A stretch of DNA of 64,000 nt from Candidatus Levyibacteriota bacterium (lineage in GTDB: Bacteria; Patescibacteriota; Microgenomatia; Levybacterales; UBA12049), in assembly GCA_029260905.1 (NCBI GenBank), contig JAJDCH010000009.1, forward strand, positions 26,498-90,497, given 5' to 3'. Of this stretch, positions 1 through 8,013 are shown one piece after another; position 1 is the stretch's first letter; each line of letters begins with the position of its first letter. A program made the translations under genes and the position numbers. A model generated the notes under the pieces. That model was not told the origin of the DNA. It saw only the letters and a program-made list of their open reading frames with translations, and did not search any database.

Positions 1-373
1 TCCATGTGTCAAATGCAGAATCATCTTTTACTGTTACTTCTGTACTCCCCAAATCCACGCCTGCTTTTTCAAAAAGAGTATAAACATCAGTATTATCTTT
101 TACTGCCTGTATCTCTTTGCCGTCTTTTTTTACAACTTTTAAGATATTCCCGGAAACAGCAATTTCTTGAATCTCTCCTTTTTTTACACTTTGTATGACT
201 TGTGATAGAGGGACTGCGTTTTCAGGCTCAGTCGGACCACCTATTGCTGAGAAAATAAAAAGTGAAAAGAGAATCAGAAATCCGTAGAGGAAAAAGTTTT
301 TCCAGGAAAATTTTGATTTGTTTTTGAGATTTCTTCTCTTGCCATTTAGTGTGGTTTTTCGCGCTCCTGCCAT
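1..373 (-). CDS. ftsH: ATP-dependent zinc metalloprotease FtsH, N-terminal part (runs off window start)
   Basis: Not in the ORF track. Reverse strand from ATG at 373 reads MAGARKTTLNGKRRNLKNKSKFSWKNFFLYGFLILFSLFIFSAIGGPTEPENAVPLSQVIQSVKKGEIQEIAVSGN..., a TM helix followed by an FtsH extracellular-domain-like segment. The ATPase/protease part is not in the window. Confidence 0.75.
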   Translation of the reverse strand, partial: MAGARKTTLNGKRRNLKNKSKFSWKNFFLYGFLILFSLFIFSAIGGPTEPENAVPLSQVIQSVKKGEIQEIAVSGNILKVVKKDGKEIQAVKDNTDVYTLFEKAGVDLGSTEVTVKDDSAFDTW

Positions 374-428
374 AATTTAAAAAGTCCAAGTAGTATAGCA
401 CAAAACCGGTGGCTCTGCCACAATTGAA

Positions 429-1220
429 TTAAGACTTAAATAGGTTGTTACAAAAATCTGCTATATACATTCCCGCTACTCGGCGCGCAACATCTGATAC
501 CTCATTATCTACTGACATGAATGCATGAGGAATTCCGCTAAGAATCAACTTATTGGGTATTCTGCTAAAAGCTGCATATGCATCTTTTATTTTTTTCGGG
601 ATTACATCATCCTGCTCACTATCAACCGTCATAACAGCTCCTGGGAAGTCTCTAAGGTCAGTAAAAACAGGTGAATTTTCCCAACTATTTGCTTGTCTAA
701 TTGCATAGCTAAACTCCCAAAATGGTTTAAGCCTTAACCTTTCCGTATGCTTACCATAAGCTGATGGATTTATAAGAACTACACCTTTTAATTCAGGTTT
801 TTTTCCTATCAACCTACCAGCAACATACCCTCCCATGCTCGTTCCCACAATAACTATTTTTTTTGGATCTATAGAATTATCATCAAAAAGGACCTCAAGT
901 GCATTTTCTGCATCAGTTAAACGGTTTTGAAGTGTACTATCGTAAAAATTTCCTTTACTCTCTCCAACTCCTCTTGTATCATATGCTAATGAAGCTATGC
1001 CATTTGCTGCTAGTCTTTTCTGCAAGTTTTCATACAACACCTTCCCTCTTCCTCCCTCCGAAGCAGAGCTGTGAATAAGAAGGGTTGCAGGCAAAAGACT
1101 AGCCTTTCTTGATTGTGGAGAAGCATATGAACAACTTAGGGGTATTCCGTCTGAACGAAAAAATCCCTCCCTCCAATCACATTCTAAACCTGGCCTTTCT
1201 TCATGCTCAAGAAGTCCCAT
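429..1220 (-). CDS. alpha/beta fold hydrolase
   Basis: YDTRGVGES, nucleophile elbow GTSMGG, Asp (DDVI) and His (PHAF). Start set to ATG at 1220, 6 nt after TATAAT. Confidence 0.85.
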   Translation of the reverse strand: MGLLEHEERPGLECDWREGFFRSDGIPLSCSYASPQSRKASLLPATLLIHSSASEGGRGKVLYENLQKRLAANGIASLAYDTRGVGESKGNFYDSTLQNRLTDAENALEVLFDDNSIDPKKIVIVGTSMGGYVAGRLIGKKPELKGVVLINPSAYGKHTERLRLKPFWEFSYAIRQANSWENSPVFTDLRDFPGAVMTVDSEQDDVIPKKIKDAYAAFSRIPNKLILSGIPHAFMSVDNEVSDVARRVAGMYIADFCNNLFKS

Positions 1221-1265
1221 CGCGCGATTATACAAAACAGAACCTATAGTGTCAATACGGGACCG

Positions 1266-2645
1266 CTACGTTAGTAACTTATTAACCTCCGTCTTAAACT
1301 GCTCGCCGCGGTCTTTGTAATCTCTAAACATTCCGAAACTCGCACATGCTGGTGAGAGTAAAACAACATCCCCTAGCTTTGCAATTTTTGAGGCTGCCAA
1401 AACAATTGTCTGCATATCTGTTGCATCCTCAATAATTGGAAATTTAAAATTTGAAATTGGAAATTCCGCTTTCATGCGGTACCACTCATCCCCAATCCCG
1501 ATAATTGCCTTAATATTTTTGGATTCGCCAATTACTTTTCCAAGTTCTGTAAAATCACTGCCCTTACTTGAACCGCCAAGAATTAATATTTCAGGCTGTT
1601 TAAATGCCAAAATTGCAGCTATCGCTGTCTCGGGTGTGGTTGAAAAAGAATCATCATAAAACCTTACTCCATCTATTTCCCGCACAATCTCAATCCTGTG
1701 TTCTAGTCCTTTAAATGACTCAAGAACTTCTCTTATGCTTTCTGTTGATACGCCTGCTAGATTTGCAGTCATAGCAGCTGCACAAACATTTTCGAGATTG
1801 TGTTTTCCGGGAAGTAAGATTTGCTTAATATCCAAAATTTCATTATCACTACCGTTTTTTCGGATAATTACCTTACTGCCTATCACAAAGCATCCGTTTT
1901 CTGTTTCCCTCTCACGGGAAATATAAAAAACCTTTCCTTGCGACTCAACATCTGATTCGTTGCTTGCAGGATAATCTCTGTTGACAATTGCGAGGTCATC
2001 TGTGGTTTGAAAACGCAGTATATTTCTCTTTGCGTCAATATATTCATAAAGATCTTTGTGGTAATCCATGTGTTCACTTGTTGTCATAAGCATAACTGCG
2101 ATGTGTGGAGATTTCGTCAAATCCTGAAGCTGAAAACTGGAAAGCTCCAAAACCACCCAAGAATCAGGAGTCAATCTGTCAAAAAAATCAAGAGGCGGTG
2201 TCCCGATATTTCCTCCCAAATAAACATCGCTACTTTCAGACCTAAGCATTTCATGAATAAGGCTTGCTGTTGTTCCCTTTCCTTTTGTTCCTGTCACGCC
2301 GATCACATTTTTTGTGGGAGACAAATCAAAAAATAATTTTGTTTGAGAAGTGACATCTATTCCTTTTTTCTTTACATCAGCTAATTCTTTTGTGTCAAAT
2401 CTTATTCCTGGACTTCTGACTATTAAATCAAATTCAGATAGGTTTTTTAAATAGTTTTTTCCAAAAATTAAATTGTCTGAAACATCTTCTGCATCCGTTA
2501 AAATTTCTTTATCAATATATTCTTTTTCTTTTCTTTCAAGAAGATAAACACTAGCACCTTTTTTATTAAAAAATCGAGCTGAAGAGAGCCCTTCAACGCC
2601 AAGTCCTATTATCCCTATTTTTTTATTTTTAAAATTATTTATCAT
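1266..2645 (-). CDS. murD: UDP-N-acetylmuramoyl-L-alanine--D-glutamate ligase
   Basis: GLGVEG, RSPGI, GVTGTKGKGTT, GGNIG, LELSSFQL, GLEHRIE, LLSPACASFGMF. Confidence 0.97.
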   Translation of the reverse strand: MINNFKNKKIGIIGLGVEGLSSARFFNKKGASVYLLERKEKEYIDKEILTDAEDVSDNLIFGKNYLKNLSEFDLIVRSPGIRFDTKELADVKKKGIDVTSQTKLFFDLSPTKNVIGVTGTKGKGTTASLIHEMLRSESSDVYLGGNIGTPPLDFFDRLTPDSWVVLELSSFQLQDLTKSPHIAVMLMTTSEHMDYHKDLYEYIDAKRNILRFQTTDDLAIVNRDYPASNESDVESQGKVFYISRERETENGCFVIGSKVIIRKNGSDNEILDIKQILLPGKHNLENVCAAAMTANLAGVSTESIREVLESFKGLEHRIEIVREIDGVRFYDDSFSTTPETAIAAILAFKQPEILILGGSSKGSDFTELGKVIGESKNIKAIIGIGDEWYRMKAEFPISNFKFPIIEDATDMQTIVLAASKIAKLGDVVLLSPACASFGMFRDYKDRGEQFKTEVNKLLT

Positions 2646-3439
2646 ATATTTATCTGAAAAAAATCATCAGTATTTATATTTTTACCAAACTTTTTAGAAA
2701 GATCAAAAAGAATTTTTTTGTCTCCGGTTGTGAAAAATTTATATTCCTGATTTTTCTTTTCTGATGCAAGATCTGCTTTCCCCAATACTCTTTTGACTTG
2801 CCTAGCAACAGCGCCACTTGAGTCAAGTACATCCACACTTGATCCAAAATATTTTCCAATCTGTTTTTTCAAAAAAGGAAAATGACTACAGCCAAGTGCC
2901 AGCGTATCAATTTTTTCTTTTTTAAATTTATCTAAAACAATATTCAATACTAAATCTATCTCCTCGCCTTTTAATATTCCTTTTTCTATCAGTGGAACCA
3001 AATCATCTGTTCCATGAGTAAAAACCTGACAGTCTCCTGCAAACTTTTTAATCAAATTTTTCTGATACACACTTTTATCAGTTCTTGTTGTTGAAAGAAC
3101 CCCTATCCTAGCATTTCTAGTTGTTTCTGCTGCTGTTTTAACAACTGGAACTATCCCAACAATTGGTACATTGGCAAACTTTTCTCTGAGCTTATCTAAA
3201 CAAGAAACAGTTATTGTATTACAAGCAACAACTATCAGTTTTGCTTCTTTTTCTAAAAGAAAAGAGGTCATCTTCTTGCTACGCTCATAAATTTCCGCCT
3301 CAGCCTTGCTACCGTATGGACAATTTAAAGAATCAGCAATATAAATTGCTGACTCCTGGGGAAGAAGATTAATTATCTTATCCCAAATCGTCAGACCGCC
3401 TACTCCTGAATCCAAAATTCCTATTGGCTGATTTTGCAT
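2642..3439 (-). CDS. murI: glutamate racemase
   Basis: IGILDSGVGGLT, PYGSK, VVACNT, LGCSHFP; overlaps the murD start by 4 nt. Confidence 0.97.
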   Translation of the reverse strand: MQNQPIGILDSGVGGLTIWDKIINLLPQESAIYIADSLNCPYGSKAEAEIYERSKKMTSFLLEKEAKLIVVACNTITVSCLDKLREKFANVPIVGIVPVVKTAAETTRNARIGVLSTTRTDKSVYQKNLIKKFAGDCQVFTHGTDDLVPLIEKGILKGEEIDLVLNIVLDKFKKEKIDTLALGCSHFPFLKKQIGKYFGSSVDVLDSSGAVARQVKRVLGKADLASEKKNQEYKFFTTGDKKILFDLSKKFGKNINTDDFFQINI

Positions 3440-3476
3440 GAGGGTATTATAAGGGATTTGACGTTTTTTTACTATG

Positions 3477-3545
3477 TTGCGGGGCTAGGAGTTGAACCTA
3501 GCCTGTGAGATTATGAGCCTCACGTGCACCGTACACTACCCCGCG
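3477..3545 (-). tRNA. tRNA-Met(CAT), initiator-like (C1:A72), atypical anticodon stem and short D-loop
   Basis: Reverse complement folds as CGCGGGG TA GTGT ACGGT GCAC G TGAGG CTCATAA TCTCA CAGG CTAGG TTCAACT CCTAG CCCCGCA A; CCA not encoded. Confidence 0.85.
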
Positions 3546-3605
3546 TGTTAGAGAGCTAGTATAGCATTTGATTTGTGCGTGGTCAAATTGATATACTAGG
3601 CAGAC

Positions 3606-3679
3606 GCCAGGGTAGCTCAGTTGGTTAGAGCAGAGGAATCATAAACCTCAGGTCGTGGGTTCGAATCCCTCCCCTGGTA
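3606..3679 (+). tRNA. tRNA-Met(CAT), probably elongator
   Basis: GCCAGGG TA GCTC AGTTGGTTA GAGC A GAGGA ATCATAA ACCTC AGGTC GTGGG TTCGAAT CCCTC CCCTGGT A; elongator Met versus Ile2 cannot be proven from sequence alone. Confidence 0.88.
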
Positions 3680-3689
3680 CAATTAACTT

Positions 3690-3935
3690 ATGTGGTATAT
3701 ATACATCCTCCTCTGCTCAGATACTAGCCTCTATACAGGGGCGACCAATGATCTAGAGAAGAGGTTTGAGGCGCATAAAAACGGCAAGGGTGGCGCCTAC
3801 ACTAGATCACACAAAGCACTAAAAATCGTTCATAAAGAAGAGTTTCAAACCAAATCCGAAGCTTTAAAAAAAGAAGCAGAAATAAAAAGCTGGAGTCGGG
3901 CAAAAAAAATCAAGAATTTAAAACTCAAAACATAA
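3690..3935 (+). CDS. GIY-YIG nuclease family protein (UPF0213/YazA-like)
   Basis: WYIYIL...LYTG-TNDL-KR...H..GKGGAYTR...EALKKEAEIK. Confidence 0.92.
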   Translation: MWYIYILLCSDTSLYTGATNDLEKRFEAHKNGKGGAYTRSHKALKIVHKEEFQTKSEALKKEAEIKSWSRAKKIKNLKLKT

Positions 3936-3949
3936 CTTTATTTATATCT

Positions 3950-4300
3950 TTAAAAAAATAGCTCCCACCATTTCTCCCAATTTTGTCTCTTGTCTTCTGG
4001 CTCTTTTTCAGCCGAATCACTAGCCCTTAACGCTGTGCTTGGCAAAACGACTATTCCCTCACCAGGCTTGGCCATAAAAAGCTTATTTCTTGCCTCTTCT
4101 TCCACAAATTCAGGTTTTTTTACTTCTTCAATTTTTTCTTTCAACTCTTCATTTTGTTTTTTTTCCTCTGATATCTGCTCACGCGTATTCTCAACTAGTC
4201 CTCTTTTCTGCCAAAGAGATATAATTGAACGTGTGAGATTATTTATTATCATCAAAGATATAATAATAACTACAAAAAATCCTATTTTTTTCAAATACAT
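3950..4300 (-). CDS. septum formation initiator family protein (FtsB/DivIC-like)
   Basis: N-terminal TM, coiled coil, VEEEARNKLFMAKPGE motif. Confidence 0.85.
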   Translation of the reverse strand: MYLKKIGFFVVIIISLMIINNLTRSIISLWQKRGLVENTREQISEEKKQNEELKEKIEEVKKPEFVEEEARNKLFMAKPGEGIVVLPSTALRASDSAEKEPEDKRQNWEKWWELFF

Positions 4301-4399
4301 AGTCTCTCTAGCATAATACTTTTAGCCTTAATTGAAAAGTAATGCTTTTTCCTGCTTGACTATTATTACTTTTCTTGATATTATGGGATCTATTAAATT

Positions 4400-5260
4400 A
4401 TGGCAACCATAAAAGTTAAAGACGCGCATAAAGAATTTTTGGATTTTCTTAAAGGAAAAAAGCACTCAAGTGCAACTATTTTAGCCTACGGAAAAGACAT
4501 AGATCAACTCGCAAGTTTTCTTGAAGAAATGGATAAGCACCATGTCCATGAAGTAGCAAAAGATGATATACAGGCCTTTCTAGGAAAACTCTCAGAAAAA
4601 GGATACACTCCAAAATCACTCTCAAGAAAACTCAACTCAGCAAGAACATTCTATAGATTCCTGAAAGTAAACGAGTACGTAACAGATGACCCATCTCTTC
4701 TGGTTGATCATCCACAATACGAACTAGCAGCACCAAGAATGTTAAAACCAACAGAATACAGAGCCTTAAGAGATGCAGCCAGAAACGACACAAGAATGTA
4801 TGCAATTATCGAAGTGCTTCTTCAGACAGGTATCAGAATCGGTGAGCTAGCAGATCTTCGTATGTCAGATGTGCAAGGAGATTCACTCAAGATTAGACCT
4901 CACGAAAAACACGCTGAAAGAATAGTTCCCATGAACAGATCAGGAAAAGAAGCATTGGACCGTTATGTTAAGGCTAGGCCAGAAGTAGAAGATGACCACG
5001 TATTTATCACTAAGTCAGGAAAACCATTTCTAGTCCGCAACATTAGAACAGCAATTGAGCGCTATTTCCGAATTGCTGGCATTGAAAATGCCAAGGTGAA
5101 TGACCTCAGACATACATTTGTCGCGCATCATCTCAAACATGGAGTATCACTCGTTCTTCTATCAAAAGTCCTAGGACACAAGAGGCTTTCAACAACAGAG
5201 AGATATCTTCAATACGTACAAGACCGAGGCAAAGACACCACCAACCTCAGCGAATTATAA
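4400..5260 (+). CDS. XerC/XerD-like tyrosine recombinase
   Basis: SAM-like N-domain (TILAYGKD, SRKLNSARTFYRFL), TGIRIGEL, DLRHTF, LGH, TTERY. Confidence 0.9.
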   Translation: MATIKVKDAHKEFLDFLKGKKHSSATILAYGKDIDQLASFLEEMDKHHVHEVAKDDIQAFLGKLSEKGYTPKSLSRKLNSARTFYRFLKVNEYVTDDPSLLVDHPQYELAAPRMLKPTEYRALRDAARNDTRMYAIIEVLLQTGIRIGELADLRMSDVQGDSLKIRPHEKHAERIVPMNRSGKEALDRYVKARPEVEDDHVFITKSGKPFLVRNIRTAIERYFRIAGIENAKVNDLRHTFVAHHLKHGVSLVLLSKVLGHKRLSTTERYLQYVQDRGKDTTNLSEL

Positions 5261-5318
5261 ACTCATTTTTCAAACTCAACTTCACATCTCAACACACCTG
5301 ATATATAATCAGTAGCTA

Positions 5319-6602
5319 GTGGATAAAAACCAGAAATCAGCACTTGATAGTGATTTATTTGAAGAATTTAGATATCTCTACTTTGATGACTACGAATACT
5401 TAGCTACAGAAGACGAGAACAGGGAGAAGAACAAAAAAGATTTCCTTGCTGAAAAAATTGACAACCCCTCTTTTAACTATCCCCTACTGGATTCCTTTGA
5501 TTTTGAGAGTAAAAAAAACAAGTTTATCCAATTAAAAGAAAAGGCTAAAAAAAATAAAAACCAAATAGTTACAAAAGCATATATTGGGCGAATTGATGAG
5601 ATGCTAGAACAAATTGAGATGTTAAAAGCAGCAAAAACAGGTGATGATCTTGAGTTTACTAAACAATCAGTACTTATCTATGGCAAACCATCCCCCGATA
5701 TGTTTGAGTACGATAAAAAAGTGGTAAGTGACACAATTAAAAAAGCGCTTGAATCAGAAAGTTTAGAACGGGCAACTGCGACAACCCTGCTTCAAAAACA
5801 TTTTCCCGATCTTTCCTACAATAAATTGATTGAAAAAGATTTTGACCTTTTACCAAAACTTGTAAAAAATGATAGAAAAGTACTTAAATCAACTGAAATA
5901 AGATATATGTTTGAAAAAGCTGTGAAAGATCTGGATCTTAATAATTGGAAAGTAAAAATTGATAAAACAGGCAAAAAGACAAACCTAAGTGCCAATCAGG
6001 AAACAAAAACAGTCAGTATACCAAATGATGATAATATAAAAACCCGCATGGCGCCTACAACTGAGACAAATATCAAAGCATTAATCAACCATGAGCTAGG
6101 AACGCATGCAAAAAGGCGCGAGAATGGAGAAAAAAGCAAATTAAAACTTCTCGGACTTGGCCTTGATAGATTCCTAAAGGGCGAGGAGGGTCTTGCGTCT
6201 TTTGAATATCAAAAAATACAAGGCGCAAGTTATTTTGCTGGCTTTGGAAGTCATTTCTCAGTATCAATTGGGGTAGGACTTGACGGAAAAAAAAGAAACT
6301 TTAGAGAAGTTTTTGAAATACTAAAACTTTATTTTCTGGCATCAATCGAATCAGATACAGACAGAAAAAAACAGGCAGAGGATCTTGCCTGGAATACCTG
6401 CGTGAGGTGTTTTCGTGGAACAACCTGCAAAACACCAGGCAGCCTATTTACAAAAGGACATGTCTATAGTGAGGGAAATATTGGTATCTACAAACTAATT
6501 ACTTCTGGATCAAAAGAGGTTGAGAGATTTATGGTTGGCAAATATGACCCGACCAATAAAAACCACGTCCAAATCCTTGACGCATTGGGAATTTGGTGCT
6601 AA
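5319..6602 (+). CDS. DUF1704 / MATCAP-like zinc metallopeptidase
   Basis: HExxxH (NHELGTH), EEGLA, R-FRG and FTK-HVY-EG...F-VGK motifs of this family. Confidence 0.75.
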   Translation: MDKNQKSALDSDLFEEFRYLYFDDYEYLATEDENREKNKKDFLAEKIDNPSFNYPLLDSFDFESKKNKFIQLKEKAKKNKNQIVTKAYIGRIDEMLEQIEMLKAAKTGDDLEFTKQSVLIYGKPSPDMFEYDKKVVSDTIKKALESESLERATATTLLQKHFPDLSYNKLIEKDFDLLPKLVKNDRKVLKSTEIRYMFEKAVKDLDLNNWKVKIDKTGKKTNLSANQETKTVSIPNDDNIKTRMAPTTETNIKALINHELGTHAKRRENGEKSKLKLLGLGLDRFLKGEEGLASFEYQKIQGASYFAGFGSHFSVSIGVGLDGKKRNFREVFEILKLYFLASIESDTDRKKQAEDLAWNTCVRCFRGTTCKTPGSLFTKGHVYSEGNIGIYKLITSGSKEVERFMVGKYDPTNKNHVQILDALGIWC

Positions 6603-6619
6603 AAACTAATAACTATTTT

Positions 6620-7096
6620 ATGTCAAACCAAACAGAAAGTCCGCAACCTCAGCCATCAAGAAAAGAAGAATTAACTGGTAAGATTCCTGAACAGTTTATA
6701 AAAGGAATGAGTGCCTCTGGCCTTCAAGTTGATTACTTAAATACTTACATTCAATTTTTCCCATTTTTAGGACAAGTCTTTAAAGAAGGTAAAATCTCAG
6801 AATCAGCAGATCCAAAAACAATCTCTCTTTTAAAAGAACATATCAAAGACACAAAAACCTATACTGAATATTGGTCAGATCAGATTGATATGTATAATAA
6901 AAATGCACTTGAACAAAAATGGATTAAAGTCGACAAGAATTCTACAATGACTCTTTTAGTCACAGAACAACCTGAAACTGAAACGCTTGACTCGCTAGCA
7001 AGCATGGCAAGATCTCTAACTGATTTGGAAAATAACCATTCAGATCAAAAAATATTGGAAGAATTTATAAGAATAGCGGCAGAGCGGAAAGATTAG
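6620..7096 (+). CDS. hypothetical protein
   Basis: Open frame with ATG at 6620 just after the preceding stop; no recognisable motif. Confidence 0.6.
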   Translation: MSNQTESPQPQPSRKEELTGKIPEQFIKGMSASGLQVDYLNTYIQFFPFLGQVFKEGKISESADPKTISLLKEHIKDTKTYTEYWSDQIDMYNKNALEQKWIKVDKNSTMTLLVTEQPETETLDSLASMARSLTDLENNHSDQKILEEFIRIAAERKD

Positions 7097-7182
7097 TTAG
7101 AAACGATCATATCAGAGAAGCTGACATTCTTAACGACTTCGGTTTGGAGATTGAAAAACCTAAATCAGAAATATAAACATTA

Positions 7183-7788
7183 TTACTTTTTCTTTGGAGA
7201 CATTCTATTTCTACTTACCCACCATTCATCATCCTTTTTAGCAAACCACCAATCATCTGAGTTTGTACTCATAATCTCTTTTGCAAGATCTTTGGCAACC
7301 TGTGTTTTCAATCTCTTGACAGCAGGCGGGATCGTTGCCTCTGCCCTTTTATTTCCTATATCCACCTGTTCTTTAAGTGAAAGAATCCAATCAATTGTAT
7401 CTGCATCTTTAGCAATAAGAGACTCTTGGGTTTTGCGCTCCTTCCACTCCTTCAGGAGATCAAGTATCTCACCGCCAAAACCAACAGTTGATGTAAGATC
7501 TTTAATCGCTCTGTCCTCATCAGCTTTTGCATATTTCTGGTGAACATAATTAAGATCACTCACTCTTGCCTCAGCCAAATCATGAAAAAGACACATTTTT
7601 ATCACTTTTGCGCTATCTACATTTTTCTCAAGACTAGATAGCACAAATCCCACATAAACAGTCCTGTTGATATGCTCGGCAACTGACTGCTCTCCTGATC
7701 CGACAAAATAAAAACCAGAACGTGGGGTTTTTGAGAGAATACCAACCTCAAAAAGAAAATTAGCAATGTTTTTATATGACTTTCCCAT
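7183..7788 (-). CDS. HD-domain hydrolase (YfbR/HDDC2-like 5'-deoxynucleotidase)
   Basis: PRSGF...QSVAEH...FHDLAEARVSD...KDAD. Start set to ATG at 7788 because the upstream extension lies in the repeat element. Confidence 0.88.
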   Translation of the reverse strand: MGKSYKNIANFLFEVGILSKTPRSGFYFVGSGEQSVAEHINRTVYVGFVLSSLEKNVDSAKVIKMCLFHDLAEARVSDLNYVHQKYAKADEDRAIKDLTSTVGFGGEILDLLKEWKERKTQESLIAKDADTIDWILSLKEQVDIGNKRAEATIPPAVKRLKTQVAKDLAKEIMSTNSDDWWFAKKDDEWWVSRNRMSPKKK

Positions 7789-7792
7789 TTTA

Positions 7793-7908
7793 GTGGGCCA
7801 GGGAGGACTTGCTTCGACTATGCTCAGCATAAACTTCTCGTCCCTAACCATCATCTACAATCTCAATGACTTGCACTGAGCTTGTCGAAGTGTGGGCCAG
7901 GGAGGACT
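7793..7908. repeat. 17-bp direct repeat of the tRNA-Ile 3' end enclosing a short element with REP-like inverted repeats
   Basis: GTGGGCCAGGGAGGACT at 7793-7809 and 7892-7908; inner arms GCTTCGACTATGCTCAGCATAAA (7811-7833) and TTGCACTGAGCTTGTCGAAGT (7871-7891). Confidence 0.85.
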
Positions 7909-7965
7909 CGAACCTCCGACATGGAGTGTATAAGACGCCCGTTCTAGCCGCTGAACTACTGGCCC
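7893..7965 (-). tRNA. tRNA-Ile(TAT)
   Basis: GGGCCAG TA GTTC AGCGGCTA GAAC G GGCGT CTTATAC ACTCC ATGTC GGAGG TTCGAGT CCTCC CTGGCCC A; anticodon TAT, one mismatch in the anticodon stem. Confidence 0.88.
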
Positions 7966-8013
7966 GTTTGCGTATTATACCAAAGTACCAAGGGAGACAA
8001 AAGAGTTATAAAC

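Noticed and set aside
4-198. Plus-strand 64-aa ORF and the other short antisense ORFs in the track
   Set aside because: They are shadows of longer, motif-bearing genes on the opposite strand (here ftsH).
7789-7854. N-terminal extension of the HD hydrolase in the ORF track
   Set aside because: It is a translation of the repeat element and tRNA-end duplicate; family-like sequence starts at ATG 7788.
4400-7965. Genomic island from the tyrosine recombinase to tRNA-Ile
   Set aside because: The duplicated tRNA end is at 7793, so the recombinase and cargo lie outside the repeat pair. No att copy was seen near 4300-4400.
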